A DNA stretch of 64,000 nt. Origin: an uncultured Candidatus Rokubacteria bacterium (GTDB lineage: Bacteria; Methylomirabilota; Methylomirabilia; Rokubacteriales; DASRDR01). The number at the start of each line of letters is the position of its first letter. Positions within the stretch are counted from its first letter, which is position 1. The notes beneath the pieces were generated by a model that saw only the letters and a program-made list of their open reading frames with translations, had not been told where the DNA came from and made no database searches. The translations under genes were made by a program, and so were the position numbers. The DNA is taken from contig CAWGVS010000012.1 of NCBI GenBank assembly GCA_963826115.1, positions 800,001 through 864,000 on the forward strand. Direction: 5' to 3'. Positions 8,697-20,260 of the stretch are shown here, piece by piece.

Positions 8697-9237
8697 GGGC
8701 GGCGTGGCCGGCGCCTGGGGGATGGTGCGGGCCGTGGGCACCGCGATGGCGGTGACGCTCCGGAACTTCCTCCGGCCCCCGGTGACGGTGCACTACCCGC
8801 GGGTGACGCGGCCCTACCCGGACCGCTTCCGGGGCGTGCTCGCGCTCACCTACGACCCGGAGACCGGCGAGGAGAACTGCATCGGGTGCCGGCTCTGCGA
8901 GTTCATCTGCCCGCCGCAGGTGATCAAGGTCGAGATGCTGAAGGCCGAGAAGCGGAACTACGCGAAGCTCTTCACGCTCGAGCTCTACGCGTGCGAGTTC
9001 TGCGAGCTCTGCGTTCAGGTCTGCCCGACCGACGCGATCATCATGCTCCGGACGTTCGACCTGGCCACCACCGACCGCCGGGAGCTCCTGCTCGACAAGG
9101 ACCGCCTCCACGCCCTCGGCCGGCAGTTCCCGGCGTCCTGGGCGACCGGGACCGGGCTCCGGGCCATGCAGGCGCCGCCGGCCCGGGGCAAGGGCGAGCA
9201 CGGGAAGGACGCCGCCGCGAAGGACGCGGCCGAGTGA
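8689..9237 (+). CDS. nuoI: NADH-quinone oxidoreductase subunit I (cluster 1)
   Basis: CIGCRLCEFICP and CEFCELCVQVCP, two [4Fe-4S] motifs. Confidence 0.93.
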   Translation: MPEGGVAGAWGMVRAVGTAMAVTLRNFLRPPVTVHYPRVTRPYPDRFRGVLALTYDPETGEENCIGCRLCEFICPPQVIKVEMLKAEKRNYAKLFTLELYACEFCELCVQVCPTDAIIMLRTFDLATTDRRELLLDKDRLHALGRQFPASWATGTGLRAMQAPPARGKGEHGKDAAAKDAAE

Positions 9238-9247
9238 GGCGGCGTCG

Positions 9248-9739
9248 ATGACCGCCGGCGCGCTCGGTCTCGGCGGGATCGCCCTCCTCGTCCTCGGCGC
9301 GAGCCTGGGCGTCGTCCTCGCCCGGAACCTCTTCCACGCGGTCCTCTGGCTCGCGCTGGCCCTCGTGGGGACGGCCGGCCTCTTCGTGCTCCTCCACGCG
9401 GAGTTCCTCGCCGCCGTCCAGGTGCTGCTCTACGCGGGCGGCGTGGTCACGATCGTCGTCTTCGCGATCATGCTGACCGAGCGGCTCGTCGGCGACTCCC
9501 TCCGCCAGACGAACCGCGGGATCGCGGCCGGCGCCCTGGCCGCGGTTGCCGTGTTCGCCGGGCTCGCCGGGACCATCCTGCGCGCGCCCCGTCCCGGGGC
9601 CCCGGCGACCCCGGCCCTCACGACCGAGCTCCTCGGCCGGGCCGTCCTCACCGAGTGGGTGCTCGCCTTCGAGGTGCTGGGCCTCCTCCTTCTCGCCGCC
9701 CTCCTCGGCGCGCTCTACCTCGCGCGGACGGAGGAGTAG
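9248..9739 (+). CDS. nuoJ: NADH-quinone oxidoreductase subunit J (cluster 1)
   Basis: AEFLAAVQVLLYAGG, FAIML, FE in last helix. Confidence 0.93.
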   Translation: MTAGALGLGGIALLVLGASLGVVLARNLFHAVLWLALALVGTAGLFVLLHAEFLAAVQVLLYAGGVVTIVVFAIMLTERLVGDSLRQTNRGIAAGALAAVAVFAGLAGTILRAPRPGAPATPALTTELLGRAVLTEWVLAFEVLGLLLLAALLGALYLARTEE

Positions 9740-9744
9740 CGACC

Positions 9745-10041
9745 GTGCTGCAGGCCTTCCTCCTCGTCGCCGCGGCCATGTTCGCGATCGGGCTGTTCGG
9801 CGTTCTCACGCGGCGGAACGCGGTCGGCATCCTGCTCGGTCTCGAGCTCATGCTGAACGCCGTCAACATCAACCTGGTCGCGTTCGCCCACTTCAACGGG
9901 GCGGTGGGGGGCTGGGTGCTCGCGCTCTTCACGATCGCCATCACGGTGACGGAGGTCGCCGTCGGCCTGGCGATCGTCATCGTGATCTTCCGCGTGCGCC
10001 GCACGGTCGACGCGGACCACCTGAACCTCCTGCGCGGCTGA
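9745..10041 (+). CDS. nuoK: NADH-quinone oxidoreductase subunit K (cluster 1)
   Basis: [17 protein letters not shown]; GGAGGAG SD. Confidence 0.93.
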   Translation: MLQAFLLVAAAMFAIGLFGVLTRRNAVGILLGLELMLNAVNINLVAFAHFNGAVGGWVLALFTIAITVTEVAVGLAIVIVIFRVRRTVDADHLNLLRG

Positions 10042-10051
10042 GGCGATCGGC

Positions 10052-11953
10052 GTGAGCGAGAACGGCCTCGCGCTCCTGGTCCTGGCGAGCCCCTTCGTCG
10101 CCGCGTTCGTCCTGGGCGTGGTCCCGCCCCTCCGGCGGACCGGGCGCCTGGCGGCGCTCGTGTCCCTCGCGGGCATCGGCGTCGCGTTCGTCGCGGCGGC
10201 GCGCCTGGCGGCCGGGCTCTGGCACGGCGGGGTCGTGGCCGACACGCGCGGGGGCTTCGTCGTCCGGGACGTCACGGTCACCGTGTCGTGGCTCCCGCAG
10301 GCCGGGCCGGTGCCGCTCGCGACCGTGGGCCTCTACGTCGATCCGCTCTCCGCCGCGATGGCGGTCCTGGTCACGCTGGTCGCCGCGCTCGTCCAGCTTT
10401 ACTCGCTCGGCTACCTCGGGGACGAGCCGCCGCCGGCGCTCGGGCGCTACTACCTCTACCAGTCGCTCTTCGCCTTCGCGATGCTGGGCCTGGTCTTCGC
10501 CCCGAACTTCCTCCAGCTCTTCGTCTTCTGGGAGCTGGTCGGGCTCTGCTCGTACCTCCTGATCGGCTTCTACTACCAGCGGCCGGCGGCGGCGCGCGCG
10601 GCGGTGAAGGCGTTCTGGGTGACGAAGCTCGGGGACGTCGGCTTCCTCCTCGGGATCGTGCTCCTGTGGGGTGCGACGGGCACGTTCGAGTTCGCCACCC
10701 TGTTCCACGCGGTGGCGGGCGGCGCGGTGCCGGCGAACCTCGCGCTCTACATGACGCTCATCTACCTCGGCGCCGTCGGCAAGAGCGCCCAGTTCCCGCT
10801 CCACGTGTGGCTGCCCGACGCGATGGAGGGCCCGACCCCCGTCTCCGCCCTGATCCACGCCGCCACCATGGTCACCGCCGGCGTGTTCCTGGTGGCCCGG
10901 GCGCTCCCGCTGTTCGTCGCCACGCCGTGGGTGATGGTCCTGATCGCCTACGTGGGGGCGTTCACCGCCCTCCTGGCGGCGACCCTCGCCCTCGGGGAGT
11001 CCGACATCAAGCGCGTCCTCGCGTACTCCACCGTGTCCCAGCTCGGCTACATGATGGCGGCGCTCGGGGCCGGGGCCCTCGTGGCGGGGGTCCTCCATCT
11101 CCTCCTCCACGGCTTCTTCAAGGCGCTCCTGTTCCTCGCCGCGGGCGCGGTGATCCACGCGGTCCACACGAACGACATGGGGCGGATGGGCCGGCTCGCG
11201 CGGGCCATGCCGAAGACCGCGATCGTGTTCGTCGTGGGCACGCTCGCGCTGGCCGGCGTGCCGCCGTTCTCGGGCTTCGTGTCGAAGGAGGCGATCCTCG
11301 GCGGCGTGTGGGAGGCGGGGCTCCACGGGCCGTTCGTCCTCCTGTCGGTCACCGTGTTCCTGACCGCGTTCTACATGTTCCGGGCCGTGTTCCTCACGTT
11401 CTTCGGGCCGCGCGGCGCGGGCGGGCACCCCCACGATCCCCCGGCGGTGATGATGGGCCCGCTCTGGCTCCTGGCGCTCCTGTCGATCGCCGGCACGGCG
11501 CTCGGGAGCGCGGTCCTCGGCCAGACGTTCGCCGCGTTCCTGACGCGGGGCGTGCACGGGGAGCTCCCGCACGGGCCGCACTGGCTGACGTACTTCTCGG
11601 TCGGGCTCGCGCTCGCCGGCATCGGGCTGGCCTGGCTCGTCTACCAGCGCCGGACGGTCTCGGTCGAGGCGCTGACGCGCGGGCTCGGGCCGCTGCCCGC
11701 CTGGGCGGCCCGGGGGTACGGGCTCGACGCGCTCTACGTGCTCGTCTACCGGGGCGTCGTCCTCGCCGTCGCCCGGGTCGTGGGATGGACGGACCGGTAC
11801 CTGGTCGACGGGCTGGTGAACGTGGCCAGCGCGTTCACGCTCCAGGCGGGCGCGGACCTCCGGCGGATCCAGACCGGCCGCGCCCAGGACTACCTCTACG
11901 GCGTGACGGCGGGGCTCCTGTTCGTCCTGCTCCTGTGGCGGCTCTGGGCATGA
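10052..11953 (+). CDS. nuoL: NADH-quinone oxidoreductase subunit L
   Basis: GKSAQFPLHVWLPDAMEGPTPVSALIHAATMV, KRVLAYSTVSQLGYM, lateral helix ..IQTG..DY. Confidence 0.96.
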   Translation: MSENGLALLVLASPFVAAFVLGVVPPLRRTGRLAALVSLAGIGVAFVAAARLAAGLWHGGVVADTRGGFVVRDVTVTVSWLPQAGPVPLATVGLYVDPLSAAMAVLVTLVAALVQLYSLGYLGDEPPPALGRYYLYQSLFAFAMLGLVFAPNFLQLFVFWELVGLCSYLLIGFYYQRPAAARAAVKAFWVTKLGDVGFLLGIVLLWGATGTFEFATLFHAVAGGAVPANLALYMTLIYLGAVGKSAQFPLHVWLPDAMEGPTPVSALIHAATMVTAGVFLVARALPLFVATPWVMVLIAYVGAFTALLAATLALGESDIKRVLAYSTVSQLGYMMAALGAGALVAGVLHLLLHGFFKALLFLAAGAVIHAVHTNDMGRMGRLARAMPKTAIVFVVGTLALAGVPPFSGFVSKEAILGGVWEAGLHGPFVLLSVTVFLTAFYMFRAVFLTFFGPRGAGGHPHDPPAVMMGPLWLLALLSIAGTALGSAVLGQTFAAFLTRGVHGELPHGPHWLTYFSVGLALAGIGLAWLVYQRRTVSVEALTRGLGPLPAWAARGYGLDALYVLVYRGVVLAVARVVGWTDRYLVDGLVNVASAFTLQAGADLRRIQTGRAQDYLYGVTAGLLFVLLLWRLWA

Positions 11954-13494
11954 CCGGCTTCCCCGTCCTCTCGGTCATCACGGCGACGCCGTTCGTGGCC
12001 GCCTGCCTCATCATGCTGCTCGGCCGGACCCGCCCGCTCGGCGTCCGGCTGATCGCCGTCGGCGCGGGGGCGCTGACGCTGGCGCTGTCGCTCTACCTCT
12101 ACTGCGAGTACGACACGGCGGCGGGCGGCTTCCAGTTCCGCGAGCAGTACCCGCTCGTGCGGGCCCTCGGCATCTCCGTCGAGCTCGGCGCCGACGGGAT
12201 CTCGGTGCTGATGGTCCTCCTGACCGGGATCATCATCTTCGCCGGCGCCTTCGCGTCGTGGACCGTGCGGGTCCGCGGCCAGGAGTTCTACGCGCTCCTG
12301 CTGCTCCTGGTGACCGGGGTGTTCGGGGTCTTCGTCTCGCTCGACCTCTTCGTGTTCTTCCTCTTCTACGAGATCGCGGTGCTGCCGATGTACCTCCTCA
12401 TCGGCATCTGGGGCTCGACGGGCGAGGTCCGCCCCCAGGGCATCTTCGCGTGGGCCTTCCGCGAGACGGGTGTGGGCACCAAGGAATACGCGGCGATGAA
12501 GCTGACCCTCTACCTCCTCCTGGGGTCGGCCTTCATCCTGGTCGGGCTGTTCGTCCTCTATTTCGCCGCGGGCGTCCAGTCGTTCTCGCTGCTCGCGCTC
12601 TCCGAGGTGACGTTCTCGCCGGCGATCCAGCGCTGGGTGTTCCTCGCCCTCTACGTGGGGTTCGGCATCCTCGCCGGCATCTGGCCGCTCCACACCTGGT
12701 CGCCCGACGGCCACGCCTCGGCCCCGACCGCGGTCTCGATGCTCCACGCCGGCGTCCTCATGAAGCTCGGGGCCTTCGGCGTCATCCGGGTGGCGATGAC
12801 CCTCCTGCCCGAGGCGACGCAGTACTGGGCGCCGCTCGTCGGGACGATCGCGGTGATCAACGTCGTCTACGGCGCCTTCTCGGCGATGGCCCAGACGGAT
12901 CTCAAGTACGTCATCGCCTACTCCTCGGTGTCCCACATGGGGCTCGTGATGCTGGGTGCGGCGACCCTGACCGAGGCCGGGGTCAACGGCGCGGTGTTCC
13001 AGATGTTCGCCCACGGCATCATGACGGGCCTCTTCTTCGCGCTGGTCGGCCTCATCTACGAGAAGTCGCACACGCGCGAGATCGAGCGGATGGGCGGCTT
13101 CGGCCGGCGGATGCCCGGGGTCGCGGCGGGCTTCACGCTGGGCGCGCTCTCGTCCCTCGGGCTCCCCGGGCTCGCGGGGTTCGTCGCCGAGATCCTGACC
13201 TTCCTCGGCGCCTGGCAGTCGGCCGCCCGGTGGTGGCTCTTCCCCGCCGTCCTCGGCACGCTCCTGACCGCGATCTACGTGCTCCGCGCGGCGAAGCGGA
13301 TCTTCTGGGGGCCGCTCGCCGAGGGGCCGCACGGCGAGTGGGCGAGCCTCCCCGACGCCCGGGGCACCGAGTGGGTGAGCCTCGTGTTCCTCTCGGGCGT
13401 CCTCATCCTCTTCGGCCTGATCCCGGGGCTCGCGCTCTCGCTGATCGATCCGGCGGTCGTGAGCCTGCTCGACCGCATCGGGGTCCTGCCGTGA
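11950..13494 (+). CDS. nuoM: NADH-quinone oxidoreductase subunit M
   Basis: ATGA overlap with nuoL; PLHTWSPDGH, DLKYVIAYSSVSHMG, GFVAE. Confidence 0.95.
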   Translation: MTGFPVLSVITATPFVAACLIMLLGRTRPLGVRLIAVGAGALTLALSLYLYCEYDTAAGGFQFREQYPLVRALGISVELGADGISVLMVLLTGIIIFAGAFASWTVRVRGQEFYALLLLLVTGVFGVFVSLDLFVFFLFYEIAVLPMYLLIGIWGSTGEVRPQGIFAWAFRETGVGTKEYAAMKLTLYLLLGSAFILVGLFVLYFAAGVQSFSLLALSEVTFSPAIQRWVFLALYVGFGILAGIWPLHTWSPDGHASAPTAVSMLHAGVLMKLGAFGVIRVAMTLLPEATQYWAPLVGTIAVINVVYGAFSAMAQTDLKYVIAYSSVSHMGLVMLGAATLTEAGVNGAVFQMFAHGIMTGLFFALVGLIYEKSHTREIERMGGFGRRMPGVAAGFTLGALSSLGLPGLAGFVAEILTFLGAWQSAARWWLFPAVLGTLLTAIYVLRAAKRIFWGPLAEGPHGEWASLPDARGTEWVSLVFLSGVLILFGLIPGLALSLIDPAVVSLLDRIGVLP

Positions 13495-14894
13495 TGCTGC
13501 TCACGCTCGAGCTGGGCGTCGCGGGACTCGCCCTCGTCGTCTTCGCGCTGGGCCTCGGCGGGGGCGCCCGCCGCGCGCGCGAGATCGGCCTGGTGACCGC
13601 GGTCGGGCTCGCCGGGCTCGTCGGCCTCTCGCTGGTGATCGACGCCCGGGGCCCCCTGTTCGACGGCGCCTTCGTGGTCGATGGCCTCGCGGTGTTCCTG
13701 AAGCAGGTCTTCCTCCTGGCGACCCTCCTCGCGGTCGTCGGCGGCCTCGCGCGCCCGGACCGGGCCGGCCGGGCCCTCGAGTACCACCTGCTCGTGCTGA
13801 CCGCGCTCCTCGGGATGATGGTCCTCGCCTCGGCGCGGGAGCTGGTGCTGCTCTTCGTGGCCTTCGAGCTGATGTCGATCCCGCTCTACGTCCTCGCGGC
13901 CTTCGCCAAGCGGGACGCGCGCGCGGTCGAGGCGTCGCTCAAGTTCTTTCTGGTGGGGGGCCTCTCGACCGCGCTCCTCGCCTACGGGCTCTCCTTCGTC
14001 TACGGCATCGCCGGGAGCACGCGCCTCGACGCCGTCACGCGCGCGGCGGCGGGCGGCGATCCCCTGCTGATGCTCGGGCTGCTCCTGGTCCTCGGCGGGG
14101 TGGGCTTCAAGATCGCCGCGTTCCCGTTCCACATGTGGGCCCCGGACACCTACGAGGCGGCGGAGACCCCGTTCGTCGCGTGGCTGTCCGTGGCGCCGAA
14201 GGCCGCAGGGTTCGCCGTCCTCCTGCGGGTCTTCGTCGAGCATGCCGGCCCGCCGGCCGCCCTCTGGGCGGGCGTGGCGGGGGTCCTCGGCGGCCTCACG
14301 ATCGTCGCCGGGAACCTGATGGCGATCCCCCAGACCGACGCCAAGCGCCTCCTCGCCTACTCCGGCATCGCGCACATCGGCTACATGCTGCTCGGCGTGG
14401 CGGCGCTCTCCGCGCACGGCGTGGCGGTGCTGCTCTTCTACCTGGTCGCCTACCTCTTCTCGAACATGGGCGCCTTCATGGTCGTGGAGGCGGTGGCGGC
14501 GAGCGAGGGCACCTCGGCCCTCCGCGCGTTCCGCGGGCTCGCCCAGCGCTCGCCGGTGCTGGCGCTCGCCATGCTCCTCTTCCTGCTGTCGCTCGGCGGG
14601 ATCCCGTTCGTGGTGGGGTTCTGGGCGAAGCTCTACGTCTTCTGGGCGGCGGCGCAGGCGGGGCTCTACGGGCTCGTGCTCCTCGCCGCGATCCTGACGG
14701 TGGTGGCGCTCTTCTACTACTTGCTGGTCGCGAAGCAGATGTACATCGACGCGCCGGCCCGCGCGACGCCGGTGCCCGTCCCGCCGGCGCTCGCCCTCGT
14801 GCTCCTGGTCAGCGCTGCCGCGATCGTGCTGCTCGGGCTCTACCCCGGCCCGCTCCTCGACACCGCGCTCCGCGCCGCGACCCCGCTCTTCTAG
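13494..14894 (+). CDS. nuoN: NADH-quinone oxidoreductase subunit N
   Basis: FELMSIPLY, GFKIAAFPFHMWAPDTYE, KRLLAYSGIAHIGY, FWAK. Confidence 0.95.
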   Translation: MLLTLELGVAGLALVVFALGLGGGARRAREIGLVTAVGLAGLVGLSLVIDARGPLFDGAFVVDGLAVFLKQVFLLATLLAVVGGLARPDRAGRALEYHLLVLTALLGMMVLASARELVLLFVAFELMSIPLYVLAAFAKRDARAVEASLKFFLVGGLSTALLAYGLSFVYGIAGSTRLDAVTRAAAGGDPLLMLGLLLVLGGVGFKIAAFPFHMWAPDTYEAAETPFVAWLSVAPKAAGFAVLLRVFVEHAGPPAALWAGVAGVLGGLTIVAGNLMAIPQTDAKRLLAYSGIAHIGYMLLGVAALSAHGVAVLLFYLVAYLFSNMGAFMVVEAVAASEGTSALRAFRGLAQRSPVLALAMLLFLLSLGGIPFVVGFWAKLYVFWAAAQAGLYGLVLLAAILTVVALFYYLLVAKQMYIDAPARATPVPVPPALALVLLVSAAAIVLLGLYPGPLLDTALRAATPLF

Positions 14895-14917
14895 CGGGGG
14901 GCGCGCGGCGACGCGCG

Positions 14918-15211
14918 TCACTTCCGCCAGCGGCCCTCGACGTAGACCCAGCCCTGCGGGGTCTGCTGGTAGCGTCCGGGAATCCACGCGCCCTGCGCTT
15001 CCACCCAGTGGCCGGACACCCAGGCCCAGCGCCCGCCCTGCCAGGCCCAGTGTCCCGCGATCCAGACGAACTGGGGGCCGGGCGATGGCGGCGGCTTCTC
15101 GACCTGGGGCGGCGGCGGGGGCGCGGGGGCCTGGGCGAGCGCGGGCAGGGCCATGAGGGTGCCGAGGGCGAGGCCGGCGAGGAGCCCCCGGACGCGAGTC
15201 CACATCGTCAT
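14918..15211 (-). CDS. Secreted YXWGXW/WxxGxW-repeat protein
   Basis: Signal peptide, Pro tract, WIAGHW / WVSGHW / WIPGRY / YVEGRW. Confidence 0.85.
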   Translation of the reverse strand: MTMWTRVRGLLAGLALGTLMALPALAQAPAPPPPPQVEKPPPSPGPQFVWIAGHWAWQGGRWAWVSGHWVEAQGAWIPGRYQQTPQGWVYVEGRWRK

Positions 15212-15339
15212 ACGCTTTCCCCTTCGCTAGGTTCCGACGCGCCGGCGCGCCGCGCATTCAGCCCGGGCCCCAGCTAAGCAGGGCCGGCCACGGCCGGTCA
15301 AGTGATCTCCACGCCTGGCCGTCGCGGGGTCCCGTTCCC

Positions 15340-15368
15340 TTGACAGCCCCCGGATCGGGCGCTAGTGT
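15340..15368 (+). promoter_or_regulatory. Sigma70-type promoter of TetR-ECF
   Basis: TTGACA-N17-TAGTGT. Confidence 0.7.
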
Positions 15369-15387
15369 ACCGACCGGTCGGTACACT
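15364..15387. promoter_or_regulatory. Perfect 24-bp palindrome, likely TetR operator
   Basis: AGTGTACCGACC|GGTCGGTACACT overlapping the -10 and start site. Confidence 0.8.
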
Positions 15388-15391
15388 CATC

Positions 15392-16018
15392 ATGACGCGA
15401 TCCCCCGTCAAGGAGCAGATCCTCGAGGTGGCCACGCGGCTCATGGCTCTGCGCGGGTACCATCGCACCGCGCTCGACGAGGTCCTGCAAGAGAGCGGCG
15501 CCGGAAAGGGTAACTTCTACCACTACTTCCGGTCCAAGGAAGACCTCGGGTACGCCATCCTCGATCGGCTCCTCGAGCGCTTCGAGGCGCGCACCCTCGC
15601 CCCCATCTTCGCGGACGGGACGCGGGACCCCCTCGACCAGGTCGAGGCGTTCCTGGACGAGGTCCTGGCGACCCAGCGGGCCCGAAACTGCGTGGGCGGA
15701 TGCCCCCTCGGGAACCTCGCCACCGAGCTCGCCGACGCCCACGAGGGCTTCCGTCAGCGCTTGTCGGACGGGTTCGAGCGGTGGCGCCAGTACCTCGCCG
15801 CCGCCCTCGCGCGCGCCCAGGCGGTCGGCGCGATCACCCAGGACGTCGAGCCTACGACCCTCGCGCGCTTCCTCGTCGCCGGGATCGAGGGGGCGATCCT
15901 CCTGGCGAAGGTCCAGAAGGATATCGGCGTGATGGAGCATTGCATCGGCGAGCTCCGCCGCCACCTCGCGCTCTACCGACGCGACGCGCCCGCGCTGCCG
16001 GCGGGGCTCGGGCGATGA
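15392..16018 (+). CDS. TetR/AcrR regulator (NemR/YxaF-like)
   Basis: HTH ..GKGNFYHYFRSKEDL; GCPLGN motif. Confidence 0.92.
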   Translation: MTRSPVKEQILEVATRLMALRGYHRTALDEVLQESGAGKGNFYHYFRSKEDLGYAILDRLLERFEARTLAPIFADGTRDPLDQVEAFLDEVLATQRARNCVGGCPLGNLATELADAHEGFRQRLSDGFERWRQYLAAALARAQAVGAITQDVEPTTLARFLVAGIEGAILLAKVQKDIGVMEHCIGELRRHLALYRRDAPALPAGLGR

Positions 16019-16629
16019 CCACCGAGCGGGCCCCCGTGGTGTCGGCCGAGACGCCGGACCAGCGGCTCCACCAGGACCTCCTGGCCCAGGCGCCGGGGGC
16101 GACGGAGGCGCTCGTCCACCGCTATGGCGTGAAGATCTACCGTCTCGCGCTCCGGATCACGGGCAGTCCCGAGGACGCGCAGGAAGTGAGCCAGGACGTC
16201 CTCTGGACCATCGTCCGGAAGATCGGCACGTTCAAGGGCGAGTCGGCGCTCGGGAGCTGGATCTATCGCATCACCGCGAACGCGGCGTACGAGAAGCTCC
16301 GGAGCCGGCGCGGCAAGGACGAGGTCTCGTGGGAAGCCCTCCTCCCGGCCTTCGACGGCGACGGCCACTTCGTCGAGCCGGGCCACGACTGGAGCCAGCA
16401 GATCGAGGATCCGGCGCTCCAGGCCGAGGCGCGGCGCCGGCTCCGCGACGCCATCGACAGCCTGCCGCCGGATTACCGGACGGCCTTCGTCCTCCACGAC
16501 ATGGAGGGGCTGTCGAACCCGGAGATCGCGGACATGCTGGGCATCAGCCTGCCGGCCGTGAAGTCGCGCGTCCACCGCTCGCGCCTGTTCCTGCGGCAGC
16601 GGCTCGGGGAGTACTTCCGGGCAGGATAG
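16015..16629 (+). CDS. ECF-family RNA polymerase sigma factor
   Basis: ATGA overlap; EDAQEVSQDV, SWIYRITAN, region 4 EIADMLGISLPAVKSRVHR. Confidence 0.93.
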   Translation: MTTERAPVVSAETPDQRLHQDLLAQAPGATEALVHRYGVKIYRLALRITGSPEDAQEVSQDVLWTIVRKIGTFKGESALGSWIYRITANAAYEKLRSRRGKDEVSWEALLPAFDGDGHFVEPGHDWSQQIEDPALQAEARRRLRDAIDSLPPDYRTAFVLHDMEGLSNPEIADMLGISLPAVKSRVHRSRLFLRQRLGEYFRAG

Positions 16630-17338
16630 TCGCGGGCGGCCGCGCCTCAGCCCTCGGGCTCGACGGCGGCCGCGCGCGCCAGCGCATCGCGAGCCACGCC
16701 CCGGCGCCGATCAGCGCCGCGGCCCCGAGGGTCAGGACCGTCACGGTTCCCGTCGAACTCCCGCTGAGGTCGCCCGCCCAGGCCATGAGAAAGATCGCGG
16801 GGGTCATCCCGATCGCCGTGGCGACGAGGAACGGCCCGAGGCGCATCGGCGTGAGCCCGGCGGCGAAGCTCAGGAGATCGAACGCGGTGAACGGCAGGAG
16901 CCGCGCCAGGAGCACTGCGAGCCAGCCGTGCCGCGCGAAGAGCGCGTCCGTCCGCCGGAGCGCCGCGGGGTTCACCAGGCGCTCGACCACGGGCCGCCCC
17001 CAGCGGCGCGCGAGGCCGAAGCAGAGCGCCGCCGACACGAGCACGCTCGCCCAGGAGAGGAGGCCGCCCCAGAGCGTGCCGAAGAGGAGCCCGCTCGCGT
17101 AGACGATCGGGAACGACGGGAGCGGCGCCAGCACCGCCTGAACCTGGATCAGCGTGAAGGTGACGAGCGGCGCCCACGCGCCGAAGCCGCGGAGGTAGTC
17201 GCGCACGCCGGGGAAGTCCCCGGCGGCGATGAGGCGTGTCACCTCGAGGAACCCCGCGCGGCAGGGGCCCCAGCCGGCGGCGACGGCGAGGCCGGCGAGG
17301 GCGACGAGGAGGATGGGGAGCGCGGGCCGGCGACGCAC
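16544..17338 (-). CDS. TVP38/TMEM64 (DedA/VTT) membrane protein
   Basis: APLPSF..ASGLLFG, ARLLPFTAFDLLSFAAGLT; 3' end uncertain because it overlaps the ECF gene. Confidence 0.85.
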   Translation of the reverse strand: MRRRPALPILLVALAGLAVAAGWGPCRAGFLEVTRLIAAGDFPGVRDYLRGFGAWAPLVTFTLIQVQAVLAPLPSFPIVYASGLLFGTLWGGLLSWASVLVSAALCFGLARRWGRPVVERLVNPAALRRTDALFARHGWLAVLLARLLPFTAFDLLSFAAGLTPMRLGPFLVATAIGMTPAIFLMAWAGDLSGSSTGTVTVLTLGAAALIGAGAWLAMRWRARPPSSPRAEARPPATILPGSTPRAAAAGTGASGGRATSRPAG

Positions 17339-17467
17339 CCGGCCATGCTACCACCGGTCGCGCGGCCCGCCGGGGCCGGTCCGAGACGTTGACACTGCGC
17401 GATCGGTATGGTCAAATTGGCGCTTCGGATAGCCCGCGCTCGCCGTCATTCTCCGAGGAGGCCACCC

Positions 17468-17785
17468 GTGGAAGCCGTCATCATCTCCGGAGGCAAGCAG
17501 TATCGGGTCCGAGAAGGGGACGTCGTGCGTCTCGAGCGTCTCCCGACCGGGCAGGGCGACACGGTGGAGTTCCGCGAGGTGGCGTACCTCCGGGCCGAGG
17601 GCGATCCCGTCGTGGACCCCGCCCGCCTCGGCGCGGCGCGCGTCCTCGGCCAGGTCGTGCAGCAGGGCCGGGACAAGAAGATCGTCGTCGTGAAGTTCAA
17701 GCGCCGGAAGAACTACCGGCGCCGGCAGGGTCATCGCCAGGCGTTCACCGCGGTCCGGATCACCCGGATCGAAGCGGGCGCCTGA
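17468..17785 (+). CDS. rplU: 50S ribosomal protein L21
   Basis: [25 protein letters not shown]; GAGGAGG SD. Confidence 0.97.
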   Translation: MEAVIISGGKQYRVREGDVVRLERLPTGQGDTVEFREVAYLRAEGDPVVDPARLGAARVLGQVVQQGRDKKIVVVKFKRRKNYRRRQGHRQAFTAVRITRIEAGA

Positions 17786-17804
17786 GGACACGGAGCCCCA
17801 GACC

Positions 17805-18065
17805 ATGGCGCACAAGAAGGGCGTCGGCAGCTCGCGGAACGGCCGGGACAGCCAGCCGAAGATGCTGGGCGTGAAGCGCTTCGCCGGGCAGTGGGTGCCC
17901 GCCGGCTCGATCCTGGTCCGGCAGCGCGGGACGCGGTTCTTCCCGGGCCGGAACGTCGGGCTCGGCGTCGACTTCACGCTCTTCGCCAAGGCGAACGGCG
18001 TGGTGGCCTTCGAAGAGCGGAACGGCCGCCGCCTCATCAGCATCCACGAGGCCGCCGCCTCCTAA
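17805..18065 (+). CDS. rpmA: 50S ribosomal protein L27
   Basis: [16 protein letters not shown]. Confidence 0.98.
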   Translation: MAHKKGVGSSRNGRDSQPKMLGVKRFAGQWVPAGSILVRQRGTRFFPGRNVGLGVDFTLFAKANGVVAFEERNGRRLISIHEAAAS

Positions 18066-20236
<2,171 letters not shown>

Positions 20237-20260
20237 GCCCGCAGGCCACGTGATACCCTA

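Noticed and set aside
4393-14894. Cluster 1 as a group 4 [NiFe]-hydrogenase
   Set aside because: The large subunit has no CxxC Ni-binding motifs (it ends DPVFGEVDR) and keeps the quinone-site HPxxHG; the small subunit has adjacent CC as in NuoB.
10288-14894. Very long ORFs suggesting NuoL-M or NuoM-N fusions (likewise 27791-33076, 39483-41579, 53362-56124)
   Set aside because: Their upstream parts are off-frame Arg/Gly/Pro-rich read-through caused by high GC; the real starts overlap the previous stop codons.
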